Assembly: GCA_963798845.1 (NCBI GenBank)
Contig: CAWCUS010000002.1
Coordinates: forward strand, 704,001 to 768,000
Length of the DNA stretch: 64,000 nucleotides
DNA from: an uncultured Gemmatimonadales bacterium
Lineage (GTDB): Bacteria > Gemmatimonadota > Gemmatimonadetes > Longimicrobiales > RSA9
Reading direction: 5' to 3'
The position numbers and the translations under genes are program-made. The notes beneath the pieces were generated by a model. It was not told where the DNA came from, searched no databases, and worked only from the letters and a program-made list of their open reading frames with translations. Positions 12,532 through 21,226 of the stretch are shown here, in pieces; the first letter of the stretch is position 1, and each line of letters opens with the position of its first letter.

Positions 12532-13847
12532 ATGGCCAATCCGGTCGCGAACCTGTTCCGGATCCCGGAGCTGAAGAAGAAGATCCTCTTCACGCTCGGC
12601 GTGCTGCTGGTCTACCGCTTCGGCGCGCACGTCACGTCGCCGGGGATCGATGTGCGGGCTCTGGAGGCGCAGCTGGGGCAGCTCCAGGGGACGCTCTTCG
12701 GCGTCTACGACATGTTCGTGGGCGGGGCGCTCCGACGGGCGACGGTCTTCGCGCTGGGCATCATGCCCTACATCTCCGCGAGCATCATGTTCCAGCTGCT
12801 CGCGGCCGTCTTCCCCACCATCGAGAAGATGCAGAAGGAGGGGGAGGAGGGGCGGAAGAAGCTAACGCAGTGGACGCGCTACGCGACGGTGGTGCTGGCC
12901 GCGGCCCAGGGCTACGGCTACTCCGTCTTCCTCCAGGGCATCCCCGGCGCCGTGACGACCTCGGGGTGGGCGTTCATGATCAGCACCATGCTGGTGCTGA
13001 CCACGGGCGCCATCTTCGTGATGTGGCTGGGCGAGCAGATCACCGAGCAGGGGATCGGCAACGGATGATCCTGCTGATCTTCTTCTCGATCATCGACGGC
13101 TTCCCGAGCGCCACGGTGCGGACGTGGGACGCCATGGTCTCGGGCGTGATCAGCCCGATCATCGTGGTCGTGCTGCTGGCGGTGATGATCGCCATCGTGG
13201 CCGCCGTGGTGGCCATGACCATGGCCGCGCGGAAGATGCCGGTGCAGATCCCGCGAAAGGTGATGGGCCGGGGGCGCATCCGCGAGGGGCAGAAGAGCTT
13301 CATTCCGCTGCGCATCAACTCCGCCGGCGTGATGCCGATCATCTTCGCCCAGTCCATCATCATCGTGCCGGGCACGGTAGCGGCGTTCAGCAACATCGGA
13401 TGGCTGCGCAGTCTTTCGCAGACCTTCCAGCCGGGCAGCCCTGTATACTACGTATCGTACGGGCTGCTCATCCTGTTCTTCACCTACTTCTACACGGCCA
13501 TCATCTTCAATCCGGTGGACCTGGCGGAGAACCTGAAGAAGCAGGGTGCGTTCATCCCGGGCGTGAAGCCCGGGGCGCGCACGGCGGAGTACATCGATCG
13601 CGTGCTCAGCCGGATCACGCTTCCGGGCGCGATCTTCCTGGCGCTGATCGCGATGGTCCCGTTCTGGATCTTCGACCTGTTCAACATCCAACTCTTCTAT
13701 TTCGGCGGCACGTGCCTGCTGATCGTGGTGGGCGTCGGGCTGGATACGGTGCAGCAGATGCAGCAGCACCTGCTTCTCCGTCACTACGAAGGGTTCATGA
13801 AGAAGGGGCGTGTCCGGTTCCGTGGGCGTCAGCGCTACATGGGGTAG
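12532..13847 (+). CDS. secY: Preprotein translocase SecY (1-nt deletion at about 13063-13065, probable sequencing error)
   Basis: ALGIMPYISASI and WLGEQIT..GIGNG in one frame; AGVMPIIFA, FIPGVKPG, FGGT.LLIVVGV continue in another frame after GGC AAC GG ATG. Confidence 0.95.
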
Positions 13848-13851
13848 AGAC

Positions 13852-14495
13852 ATGCGTCTGATCCTTCTCGGAGCGCCGGGTGTCGGTAAGGGCACCCAGG
13901 GCGACCTCCTGGCCAAGCGGCACAACCTGACCCAGATCGCCACCGGGGACCTGCTGCGCGACGCCGTGCGCCGCGGCACGGATCTCGGCAAGGAGGCGAA
14001 GAAGTACATGGACGCGGGCGAGCTGGTGCCCGACGACGTCATCCTCGGCCTGGTCAAGGAAGTCATCGCGGCCGCCCGGGACGGCTTCATCTTCGACGGC
14101 TTTCCGCGCAACGTGGCGCAGGCGGAGCGCCTGGACGTCATGATGGACGAGATGGCGCTGGGGCTCGACGCGGTGGTGGTGCTCGAGGCGCCGGACGACG
14201 TCCTGGTGCAGCGCATCAGCGGCCGGCGCTCCTGCCCGGAGTGCAAGGCGGTCTACAACGTCTACTTCGACCCGCCGTCGAAGGAAGGCATCTGCGACCG
14301 GTGCGGGGCCACGCTCGTGCAGCGCGCGGACGACAACGAGGAGACCGTGGCCAACCGGCTGGCGGTCTACCGGCGACAGACCCGTCCGGTGATCGACTAC
14401 TATCGCGATCGCGGCGTGGCGATCGAGGTCGTGGACGGGCAGAGGCCCGTCGACGCCGTCCAGGGCGCCATCGAGGCGTCCTCACGGTGGCATGA
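13852..14495 (+). CDS. adk: Adenylate kinase with Zn-lid (apparent 1-nt deletion at about 14475-14479)
   Basis: GAPGVGKGTQ, TGDLLR, FDGFPRN, CPEC/CDRC lid; restoring one base gives VLTVA-stop whose TGA overlaps the map ATG. Confidence 0.94.
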
Positions 14496-15245
14496 TCAGA
14501 CTGAAGAAGCCGGAAGAGATCGAAGCCATCGCGCGCGCGGGTCGCATCATCGCACAGCTGTTCGACATGCTTCCGGAGCGCGTGCAGGCGGGCGTGAGCA
14601 CGGCCGAGATCGACGCGTTCTCGGAGGAGTTCATTCGAGGACACGACGGCGCCGAGCCGGCTTTCAAGGGGCTCTACGGCTTCCCGGCGAGCGTGTGCGC
14701 GTCCGTGAACCACGAGGTGGTCCACGGCATCCCGAGCCCGTACCGCCGCCTGGACGAGGGCGACATCATCAGCGTGGACGTGGGCGTGAAACTCGACGGC
14801 TGGTTCGCCGACTCGGCCATGACGTTCCCCGTCGGCGAGATCGACCAGGAGACGGGTCGCCTCCTGGAAGTCACGGAGGAGGCGCTCGCGCTCGGGATCG
14901 CGCAGGCAAGGCCGGGCAACCGGCTGGGCGACATCGGCGCACGCGATCCAGAACAGGGCCGAAGGCGCCGGTTACGGCGTCGTCCGCGAGCTGGTGGGGC
15001 ACGGCATAGGTCGCGAGCCGCACGAGGACCCGCAGGTGCCGAACTTCGGGAGTCCCGGGCGCGGCGCCAGGCTCGAGGAAGGACTGGTCATCGCCATCGA
15101 GCCGATGGTCAACCTGGGGACCGCCAGCGTGCGAACGCTCCCGGACCGGTGGACCGTGGTCACGGTGGACCAGCGGTGGAGTGCGCATTTCGAGCACACC
15201 GTGGCGGTGACGGAGGACGGGCCGCGGATCCTGACGGGGGCGTAG
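14492..15245 (+). CDS. map: Methionine aminopeptidase type I (1-nt insertion at about 14939)
   Basis: [26 protein letters not shown]; then [28 protein letters not shown] in the shifted frame. Confidence 0.94.
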
Positions 15246-15381
15246 GCGGCCGCCGCCTGCGGCGTTGCGTGGGGCCGGGGTGGGGTCGGCGTTGTCGGGA
15301 GGCGCGGACGTGCCCTGTGGGGCGTGGGGCAGGGCGCTGGGGCGGCCCGCCGGGCGGTGGTGCAGCGTCCCGGGGGCGGGG

Positions 15382-15410
15382 TTGTTGGGCGGGGCTGTGG
15401 TCGCTATACT
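15382..15410 (+). promoter_or_regulatory. Putative sigma70 promoter of the rpmJ/alpha operon
   Basis: TTGTTG (15382-15387), 17 nt spacer, TATACT (15405-15410), then an AT-rich stretch unusual for this DNA. Confidence 0.65.
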
Positions 15411-15444
15411 TCAAAGCTGTCGAATAAAACGAAGGGGTGTCCGC

Positions 15445-15561
15445 ATGAAGGTGCGAACGAGCGTGAAGCCGATGTGCGAGCACTGCAGGGTGGTCCGGCG
15501 GCGCGGCGTAGTCCGGATCATCTGCAAGAAGAACCCTCGGCACAAGCAGCGGCAGGGGTAG
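15445..15561 (+). CDS. rpmJ: 50S ribosomal protein L36, zinc-binding type
   Basis: [38 protein letters not shown]. Confidence 0.98.
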   Translation: MKVRTSVKPMCEHCRVVRRRGVVRIICKKNPRHKQRQG

Positions 15562-15567
15562 GGAACC

Positions 15568-15948
15568 ATGGCACGTATCGCAGGAGTCGACCTTCCGCGG
15601 AACAAGCGGATCGAGGTAGCGCTGACGTACATCTACGGCATGGGTGACTCGACGGCGAGAAAGATCCTGGAGGGCACGGCGGTGGATCCGGATCGTCGGG
15701 TGCAGGACCTGAGCGACGAGGAGGTCAACCGGCTGCGCCGGGTGATCGAGAGCCAGTACAAGGTCGAGGGCGCGCTGCGGAGCGAGGTCTCGATGAACAT
15801 CAAGCGTCTGATGGACATCGGGTGCTACCGCGGGCTGCGCCATCGGCGGGGGCTGCCGGTGCGGGGCCAGCGGACGCACACGAACGCGCGCACGCACAAG
15901 GGTCCGCGCCGGGCGATCGCGGGCAAGAAGAAGGCGGCGCGGAAGTAG
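15568..15948 (+). CDS. rpsM: 30S ribosomal protein S13
   Basis: [27 protein letters not shown]. Confidence 0.99.
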   Translation: MARIAGVDLPRNKRIEVALTYIYGMGDSTARKILEGTAVDPDRRVQDLSDEEVNRLRRVIESQYKVEGALRSEVSMNIKRLMDIGCYRGLRHRRGLPVRGQRTHTNARTHKGPRRAIAGKKKAARK

Positions 15949-16052
15949 GCGGGTCGCACGAGCCGGGGGTCGAACGGAACGGGTCCCGGGCGCGATACTG
16001 CGGCCGCGGGGCCGCGTGGACACACGACGACAGCTGAGACTGAAAGCGGAAC

Positions 16053-16445
16053 ATGGCGAAACCGAAGAAGGCGCGGACGAAGCGGGCGAAGAAGCAGGTC
16101 GAGTCCGAGGGCATGGCCTATATCAAGGCCACGTTCAACAACACGCTCATCACGATCACGAACATGAACGGCGACGTGGTGACGTGGGGGAGCGCGGGCA
16201 AGGCGGGCTTCAAGGGGTCCAAGAAGTCCACGCCGTTCGCGGCCACGGTATCGGCGGAGCAGGTGGGGCGGGAGGCGTTCAACCTGGGCGTGCGTCGGGT
16301 GCACGTGCGGGTGCAGGGTCCGGGGAGCGGACGCGAGTCGGCGATCCAGGCGCTGAGCGCCGCGGGTCTGCAGGTACGCTCGATCCGGGACATCACGCCG
16401 ATCCCGCACAACGGCTGCCGGCCGCCAAAGAAGCGGCGGGTGTAG
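16053..16445 (+). CDS. rpsK: 30S ribosomal protein S11
   Basis: [32 protein letters not shown]. Confidence 0.99.
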   Translation: MAKPKKARTKRAKKQVESEGMAYIKATFNNTLITITNMNGDVVTWGSAGKAGFKGSKKSTPFAATVSAEQVGREAFNLGVRRVHVRVQGPGSGRESAIQALSAAGLQVRSIRDITPIPHNGCRPPKKRRV

Positions 16446-16534
16446 GGCCGCCAGGGCGAGTGTAGGGCCGCCAGGGCGGGTGTAGGGCCGCCGGGGCGGG
16501 TGTAGGGCCGCCGGGGCGGGTGTAGGGCCGCCAG
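16435..16534 (+). repeat. 20-bp tandem repeat, about 5 copies, unit TGTAGGGCCGCCRGGGCGRG
   Basis: TGTAGGGCCGCC recurs at 16441, 16461, 16481, 16501 and 16521 with no spacers. Confidence 0.97.
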
Positions 16535-16617
16535 CAGGTCGCACGGGGCGTAAACCGCCGAGCCGTCCAGGGGGGAAGAAGCCGAGGAACCGAACGGGAA
16601 CAGGAGCGAGACGGTCA

Positions 16618-17253
16618 ATGGGTCGTTATACGGGGCCGGTGTGCAAGCTGTGCCGGCGGGAGGGGCGGAAGCTCTTCCTCAAGGGCACGAAGTGCTACAC
16701 GGAGAAATGCCCGGTGGAGCGGCGGAGCTACCCGCCGGGTCAGCACGGGGTTACGCAGGCGCGTCGTCGCAAGGTGAGCGATTACGCGCTTCAGCTTCGT
16801 GAGAAGCAGAAGGTGAAGCGGATGTACGGCGTGGGCGAGCGGTATTTCCGCAACCTGTTCAAGCGGGCGGCGACGCAGACCGGGCTGACGGGTGAGAACC
16901 TGCTGGTGGGTCTGGAGCAGCGGCTTGACAATGTCGTCTATCGTCTGGGGTTCGCGGGGAGCCGGGCGCAGGCGAGGCAGCTGGTGCGGCACCGGCACGT
17001 GGAGGTGAACGGTCGGCCGGTGGACGTGCCGAGCTACCAGGTGCAGGCGGGGGACGAGGTGCGGCTGAAGGGTGGATCCCGTGACCTGGTGCCGGTGCAG
17101 GTGGCACTGGAGTCGAAGACGCGGCCGGACACGGTGAGCTGGCTGGCGCTGGACGAGGGGACACGGACGGGGCGGATGCTGGAGCGTCCGACGCGTGCGG
17201 AGATCCCGCTCCCGGTGCAGGAGCAGCTGATCGTGGAGCTCTACTCGAAGTAA
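16618..17253 (+). CDS. rpsD: 30S ribosomal protein S4, zinc-binding type
   Basis: GPVCKLCRREG...KC...KC, LREKQK, RLDNVVYRLG, IVELYSK. Confidence 0.99.
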   Translation: MGRYTGPVCKLCRREGRKLFLKGTKCYTEKCPVERRSYPPGQHGVTQARRRKVSDYALQLREKQKVKRMYGVGERYFRNLFKRAATQTGLTGENLLVGLEQRLDNVVYRLGFAGSRAQARQLVRHRHVEVNGRPVDVPSYQVQAGDEVRLKGGSRDLVPVQVALESKTRPDTVSWLALDEGTRTGRMLERPTRAEIPLPVQEQLIVELYSK

Positions 17254-17268
17254 ACCAGGAACCAGGTC

Positions 17269-17303
17269 ACGGGGCCCGGGCACCGGCGGTGCGCGGGCCC
17301 CGT
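17269..17303 (+). other. Strong GC-rich hairpin between rpsD and rpoA
   Basis: ACGGGGCCCG-G-GCACC, loop GGC, GGTGC-G-CGGGCCCCGT; no U-tract. Confidence 0.7.
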
Positions 17304-17331
17304 CGGCCGGGTCGGACTGCAAGGAGGAGAT

Positions 17332-18393
17332 GTGGAGCTAGATCTCACGGGATTGGTCGTGCCGCAGCGTGTGGAAGTGATCGACCGCTCCGAGGACGAG
17401 AAGACGGCGCAGTTCATCATGGCGCCGCTCGAGCGCGGGTTCGGACAGACGCTGGGGAACTCGGTGCGGCGAATCCTTCTGTCGTCGCTGCCGGGGGCGG
17501 CGGTGTGGGCGTTCCGGATGGACGGAGTGGTGCACGAGCACCAGACGGTGGCGGGCGTTGCGGAGGACGTGCACCAGATCATCCAGAACCTGAAGACGCT
17601 GGTGCTGAAGCTGGACCCGGATGTGGACGAGGCGAGGCTGGAATTGCGGGCATCGGCCGCGGGGCCGGTAGTGGCGGGTGCGATCGAGCCGCCGGCCTCG
17701 GTGGAGATCCTGGAGCCGGATCATCACCTGTTCACACTGCAGGAGGACAAGGAGGTCCACCTGGAGCTGTACGTGAACAAGGGGCGCGGCTTCGTGGCGG
17801 CCGACAGCCATGAAGCGCCGAAGGGTAGCCCGGTGGACCTGGTGCGGATCGACTCGATCTACAACCCGGTGCTGCGGGCGAACTTCACCGTGGAAGAGAC
17901 GCGTGTGGGTCAGCGCACGGACTTCGACCGGCTGACGCTGCACATCGAGACGAACGGCAGCGTGGCGCCGGAGGATGCGGTGGCCTACGCGGCGGAGCTG
18001 GCGCGGCGACACCTGGAGTACATGCTGAAGTTCGCGGATGCCGGCGAGTCCGAGCCGCCGGTGCCGGGGGCGGTGCCGGTGCCGAAAGCGCTACGGGACC
18101 TGTTCGAGCGGCCGATCGAGGACCTGGCCGAGCTGAGCGTGCGGAGCGTGAACTCGCTGAAGAAGGAGAACATCATCACGCTGGGCCACCTGGTGCGTCG
18201 GACCGAGGACCAGATGCTCGACATCGACAACTTCGGCGTGAAGTCGCTGGAGGAGATCCGGCAGTTCCTGGCGCAGCACAACCTCCACTTCGGGATGCAG
18301 CTGGAGGAGGGGGAGGACGGGGATCTTTACCTGGTGGACGAGAACGCGGAGTCCGCCGGTGAAGAGGCCGCGGTGGCCGAGGGGGAGGCGTAA
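17332..18393 (+). CDS. rpoA: RNA polymerase alpha subunit
   Basis: PLERGFGQTLGNSVRRILLSSLPG, RVGQRTDFDRL, LSVRSVNSL, NFGVKSLEEI; GTG start after AAGGAGG. Confidence 0.98.
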   Translation: MELDLTGLVVPQRVEVIDRSEDEKTAQFIMAPLERGFGQTLGNSVRRILLSSLPGAAVWAFRMDGVVHEHQTVAGVAEDVHQIIQNLKTLVLKLDPDVDEARLELRASAAGPVVAGAIEPPASVEILEPDHHLFTLQEDKEVHLELYVNKGRGFVAADSHEAPKGSPVDLVRIDSIYNPVLRANFTVEETRVGQRTDFDRLTLHIETNGSVAPEDAVAYAAELARRHLEYMLKFADAGESEPPVPGAVPVPKALRDLFERPIEDLAELSVRSVNSLKKENIITLGHLVRRTEDQMLDIDNFGVKSLEEIRQFLAQHNLHFGMQLEEGEDGDLYLVDENAESAGEEAAVAEGEA

Positions 18394-18402
18394 GGAGCAG
18401 CA

Positions 18403-18756
18403 ATGAGACACCGCAAGAAGGGTCGCCACCTGAACCGCACGGCGGAGCACCGGCGCATGATGCTCCGCAACATGGCCACGTCGCTGTTCAAGCACGGCCG
18501 TGTGGAGACGACGGTGGCGAAGGCGAAGGAATTGCGCCAGTTTGCCGAGCCGCTGATCACGAAGGCGAAGCGGGGTGACCTGCATGCGCGCCGGGTGGTA
18601 GCCCGGAAGATCCACGATGGCGAGGCGCTGAGCCGGCTGTTCGAGGAGATCGGCCCGCGATACGCGGAGCGGCCCGGCGGGTACACGCGAGTCGTGAAGA
18701 TGGGTCATCGCGCTGGTGATGCGGCCGACGTGGCGATCATCGAACTAGTGGAGTAG
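18403..18756 (+). CDS. rplQ: 50S ribosomal protein L17
   Basis: MRHRK, ETTVAKAKELR, RPGGYTR. Confidence 0.99.
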   Translation: MRHRKKGRHLNRTAEHRRMMLRNMATSLFKHGRVETTVAKAKELRQFAEPLITKAKRGDLHARRVVARKIHDGEALSRLFEEIGPRYAERPGGYTRVVKMGHRAGDAADVAIIELVE

Positions 18757-18760
18757 ACCG

Positions 18761-19345
18761 ATGGCGGATGAGGCGAGGAAGCCTGCGGGGCGTTCGCTGA
18801 CGTGGCTCTGGATGATTCTGGCGCTCGTGGTCGTCGGCGGGTTCCTGACGTGGCTCGGCACGACGAGCGAGCCTACCTCGGTCCCGGTGGTGGAGGCGGA
18901 CACCGCGGCCGCAGGTGGCGGCGAGGGCGGGCTGGCGTTCACGGCCGTGCCGAAGGACTCGCTCAAGACGAACAAGGGCCGGTACGCGGGTCAGGTGATC
19001 CGGGTGGCCGGCGTGCAGATCACCGGGTCGCTGGGCCCGCGGATCTTCTGGGGCGAGCTGGGGAACCAGTCGAGCCAGGTGCCGATCCTGGTGCGAGTCG
19101 ACTCGGCCGCGGCGGCGGGCACGAAGGTGCAGCCGGGCGCGAGCTACACGCTGACGGGGACGATGCAGGCGATGTCGGACTCGGTTTCCGGGGCGTGGGC
19201 GGACCAGGGCGAATTCACGGGCGACGGCGAGCGGATGCAGGCGGACTTCGCCGACTACTATCTACAGGTGAGCAACATCCAGGCGTCGCGGACGAGCCCC
19301 GGCTCGGCGGGTGGCGCAGCCCCTGGCTCGCAGGGCGAGCGCTGA
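18761..19345 (+). CDS. Hypothetical single-pass membrane protein
   Basis: Fills the rplQ-rpmB gap, starts 4 nt after the rplQ stop; hydrophobic WLWMILALVVVGGFLTWLG near the N-terminus. Confidence 0.8.
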   Translation: MADEARKPAGRSLTWLWMILALVVVGGFLTWLGTTSEPTSVPVVEADTAAAGGGEGGLAFTAVPKDSLKTNKGRYAGQVIRVAGVQITGSLGPRIFWGELGNQSSQVPILVRVDSAAAAGTKVQPGASYTLTGTMQAMSDSVSGAWADQGEFTGDGERMQADFADYYLQVSNIQASRTSPGSAGGAAPGSQGER

Positions 19346-19366
19346 GGGCGCGGAAGGAGCGATAGA

Positions 19367-19558
19367 ATGGCGCGCGAGTGCTATGTGTGCGGCAAGAAGC
19401 CGATCTACGGCAACAACGTGAGCCACGCGAACAACAAGACGCGTCGCCGGTGGCTGCCGAACCTGCAGCGGGTACGGATCCAGACGGAGGACGGGCCGCA
19501 GCGGGTGCGGGTCTGCACGCGCTGCATCTCCGCCGGCAAGATTCGCAAGGCCGGCTGA
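19367..19558 (+). CDS. rpmB: 50S ribosomal protein L28, zinc-binding type
   Basis: [42 protein letters not shown]. Confidence 0.98.
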   Translation: MARECYVCGKKPIYGNNVSHANNKTRRRWLPNLQRVRIQTEDGPQRVRVCTRCISAGKIRKAG

Positions 19559-19582
19559 GTCCGGAGACGGCCGAGCATCATG

Positions 19583-19614
19583 TCCCCGGTGCCTTCGCTG
19601 GCACCGGGGATTTT
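19583..19614 (+). terminator. Intrinsic terminator closing the ribosomal super-operon
   Basis: TCCCCGGTGCC / loop TTCGCT / GGCACCGGGGA followed by TTTT. Confidence 0.85.
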
Positions 19615-19766
19615 CGTTGCGGCGGCGTCCGTTGTGGCGACGTCGCTTGCGGCGGCGCGGCGGAGAAGACCAAATTCGGATCCCGCTCTGCGCGTTGCCT
19701 GCGGAACCCAAATGGAGTGGCGGAGCCTGGCGCCTGCGCGCTCCCGTGGAGAATCGAAGACCCCCT

Positions 19767-21210
19767 ATGGCGAACACCGAGACCAGAGCGGCCGACCCGA
19801 AGCGTCCTCCCCTTTCCGCGACCGGAGAGGCGCTGATCCGCCGTTTGGAAGCGCGCGAAGCCCGCTTCGGCGTGATCGGTCTCGGGTACGTCGGCCTGCC
19901 GCTCTCCGTGGCCATCGCGGGCGCAGGCTATCCGGTGCTCGGCTACGACATCTCGCCGCGTGTGGTGGAGGTGTTGAACGCGGGGACGTCGCACGTGGAG
20001 GACGTGGAGCCGCACGTCGTGATGGCGATGCGGGAGCGGGGCCTGTTCGAGGCGACCACGGACGCGTCGCGGCTCAAGGAGTGCGACGTGGTGTCGATCG
20101 CCGTGCCGACGCCGCTGTCGAAGACGCGGGATCCCGACGTCAGCTACATCATGTCGGCGGCCCAGGCCGTTTGCGGTGCGCTGCGACCCGGCCAGCTCAT
20201 CATCCTGGAGTCCACCACGTATCCAGGCACGACACGGGAGGTGCTGCTGCCGATGATGGAGGAGACGGGGCTGAAGGTGGGCGAGGACGTGTTCCTCTGC
20301 TTCAGTCCCGAGCGGGTCGACCCGGGGAACAAGGTGTGGCAGGTGCCGAACACGCCGAAGGTGATCGGCGGGATCACGCCCGCGTGCGCGTTCCTGGGCA
20401 CGAAGGCGTACGGGTCAGTGCTGGAGACGATCGTCCCGGTGGCGTCCACGGAGGCGGCCGAGCTGACCAAGCTGATGGAGAACACGTTCCGAGCGATCAA
20501 CATCGCGCTCGCGAACGAGATGGCGCAGGTGGCCGATCGGCTCGACGTGGACGTGTGGGAAGTGATCGAAGCGGCGGCCACGAAGCCGTTCGGCTTCATG
20601 AAGTTCACGCCCGGTCCCGGGATCGGCGGGCACTGCATCCCTCTCGACCCGCAGTACCTGTCGTGGAAGATGAAGACGCTGAACTACAGGACGCGGATGA
20701 TCGAGGCGGCGAGCGAGATCAACGCCGAGATGCCGGAGTTCGTGATGAACAAGATCCGGGCGGGCGCTGAACGAGCATCGGAAGCCGGTGCTGGGGAGCC
20801 GGGTACTGGTGCTTGGGGTTTCCTACAAGAAGGACATCGGCGACGTCCGTGAGAGCCCGGCGATCGACGTGATGGAGATGCTGGACGCCGAGGGCGCCGA
20901 CGTGCGCTACCACGACCCGTTCGTCCCGGAGCTGATCGAGGACGGGATCGTCCGCACGGGCGTGGATTGCACCGACGAGGAGCTCGCAGCGGCCGACGCC
21001 GTGGTCATCATCACCGACCACAGCACCATCGATTATGCTCGTGTGGTCCGGAAGGCGGCGCTCGTCGTGGACACCCGGAACGCCACGGTCGGGCTGGCGG
21101 GAGACAACGTGGTCCGGCTCAGCGGTCCGAACCCGTTCCCGCGCTCCCGCAGCGCAGGACAGCGAATGCAGCTTTCCGAGCGGGCGGAGGTGACCGCCGG
21201 CCGCGGCTAA
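19767..21210 (+). CDS. Nucleotide-sugar 6-dehydrogenase, WbpA/TviB/WecC family (frameshift at about 20757-20764)
   Basis: GLGYVGLP, VPTP, LESTTYPGTT, FSPERVDPG, GIGGHCIPLDP; C-terminal ALNEHRKPVLGSRVLVLGVSYKKDIGDVRESP in the shifted frame. Confidence 0.9.
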
Positions 21211-21226
21211 CCCGCGGCGCGGTCGC

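Noticed and set aside
12532..13847. Split SecY or programmed frameshift
   Set aside because: A single missing base in the conserved GIGNG motif, no slippery site, and six similar indels elsewhere point to sequencing error.
13810..15009. 399-aa extended Adk overlapping map
   Set aside because: One restored base near 14477 ends Adk at 14495 with a normal ATGA overlap; the extension is out-of-frame map sequence.
15949..16052. Possible S4 or S13 leader in the rpsM-rpsK spacer
   Set aside because: Only imperfect GC pairing and no recognisable rRNA mimicry.
16435..16534. CRISPR array
   Set aside because: Contiguous 20-bp units without unique spacers and no cas genes.
19615..19766. ops/JUMPstart or sigma54 site before the glycan locus
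   Set aside because: GGCGGAGCCTG lacks the T of GGCGGTAG, and TGGCGACGTCGCTTGC has 11-nt rather than 10-nt GG-GC spacing.
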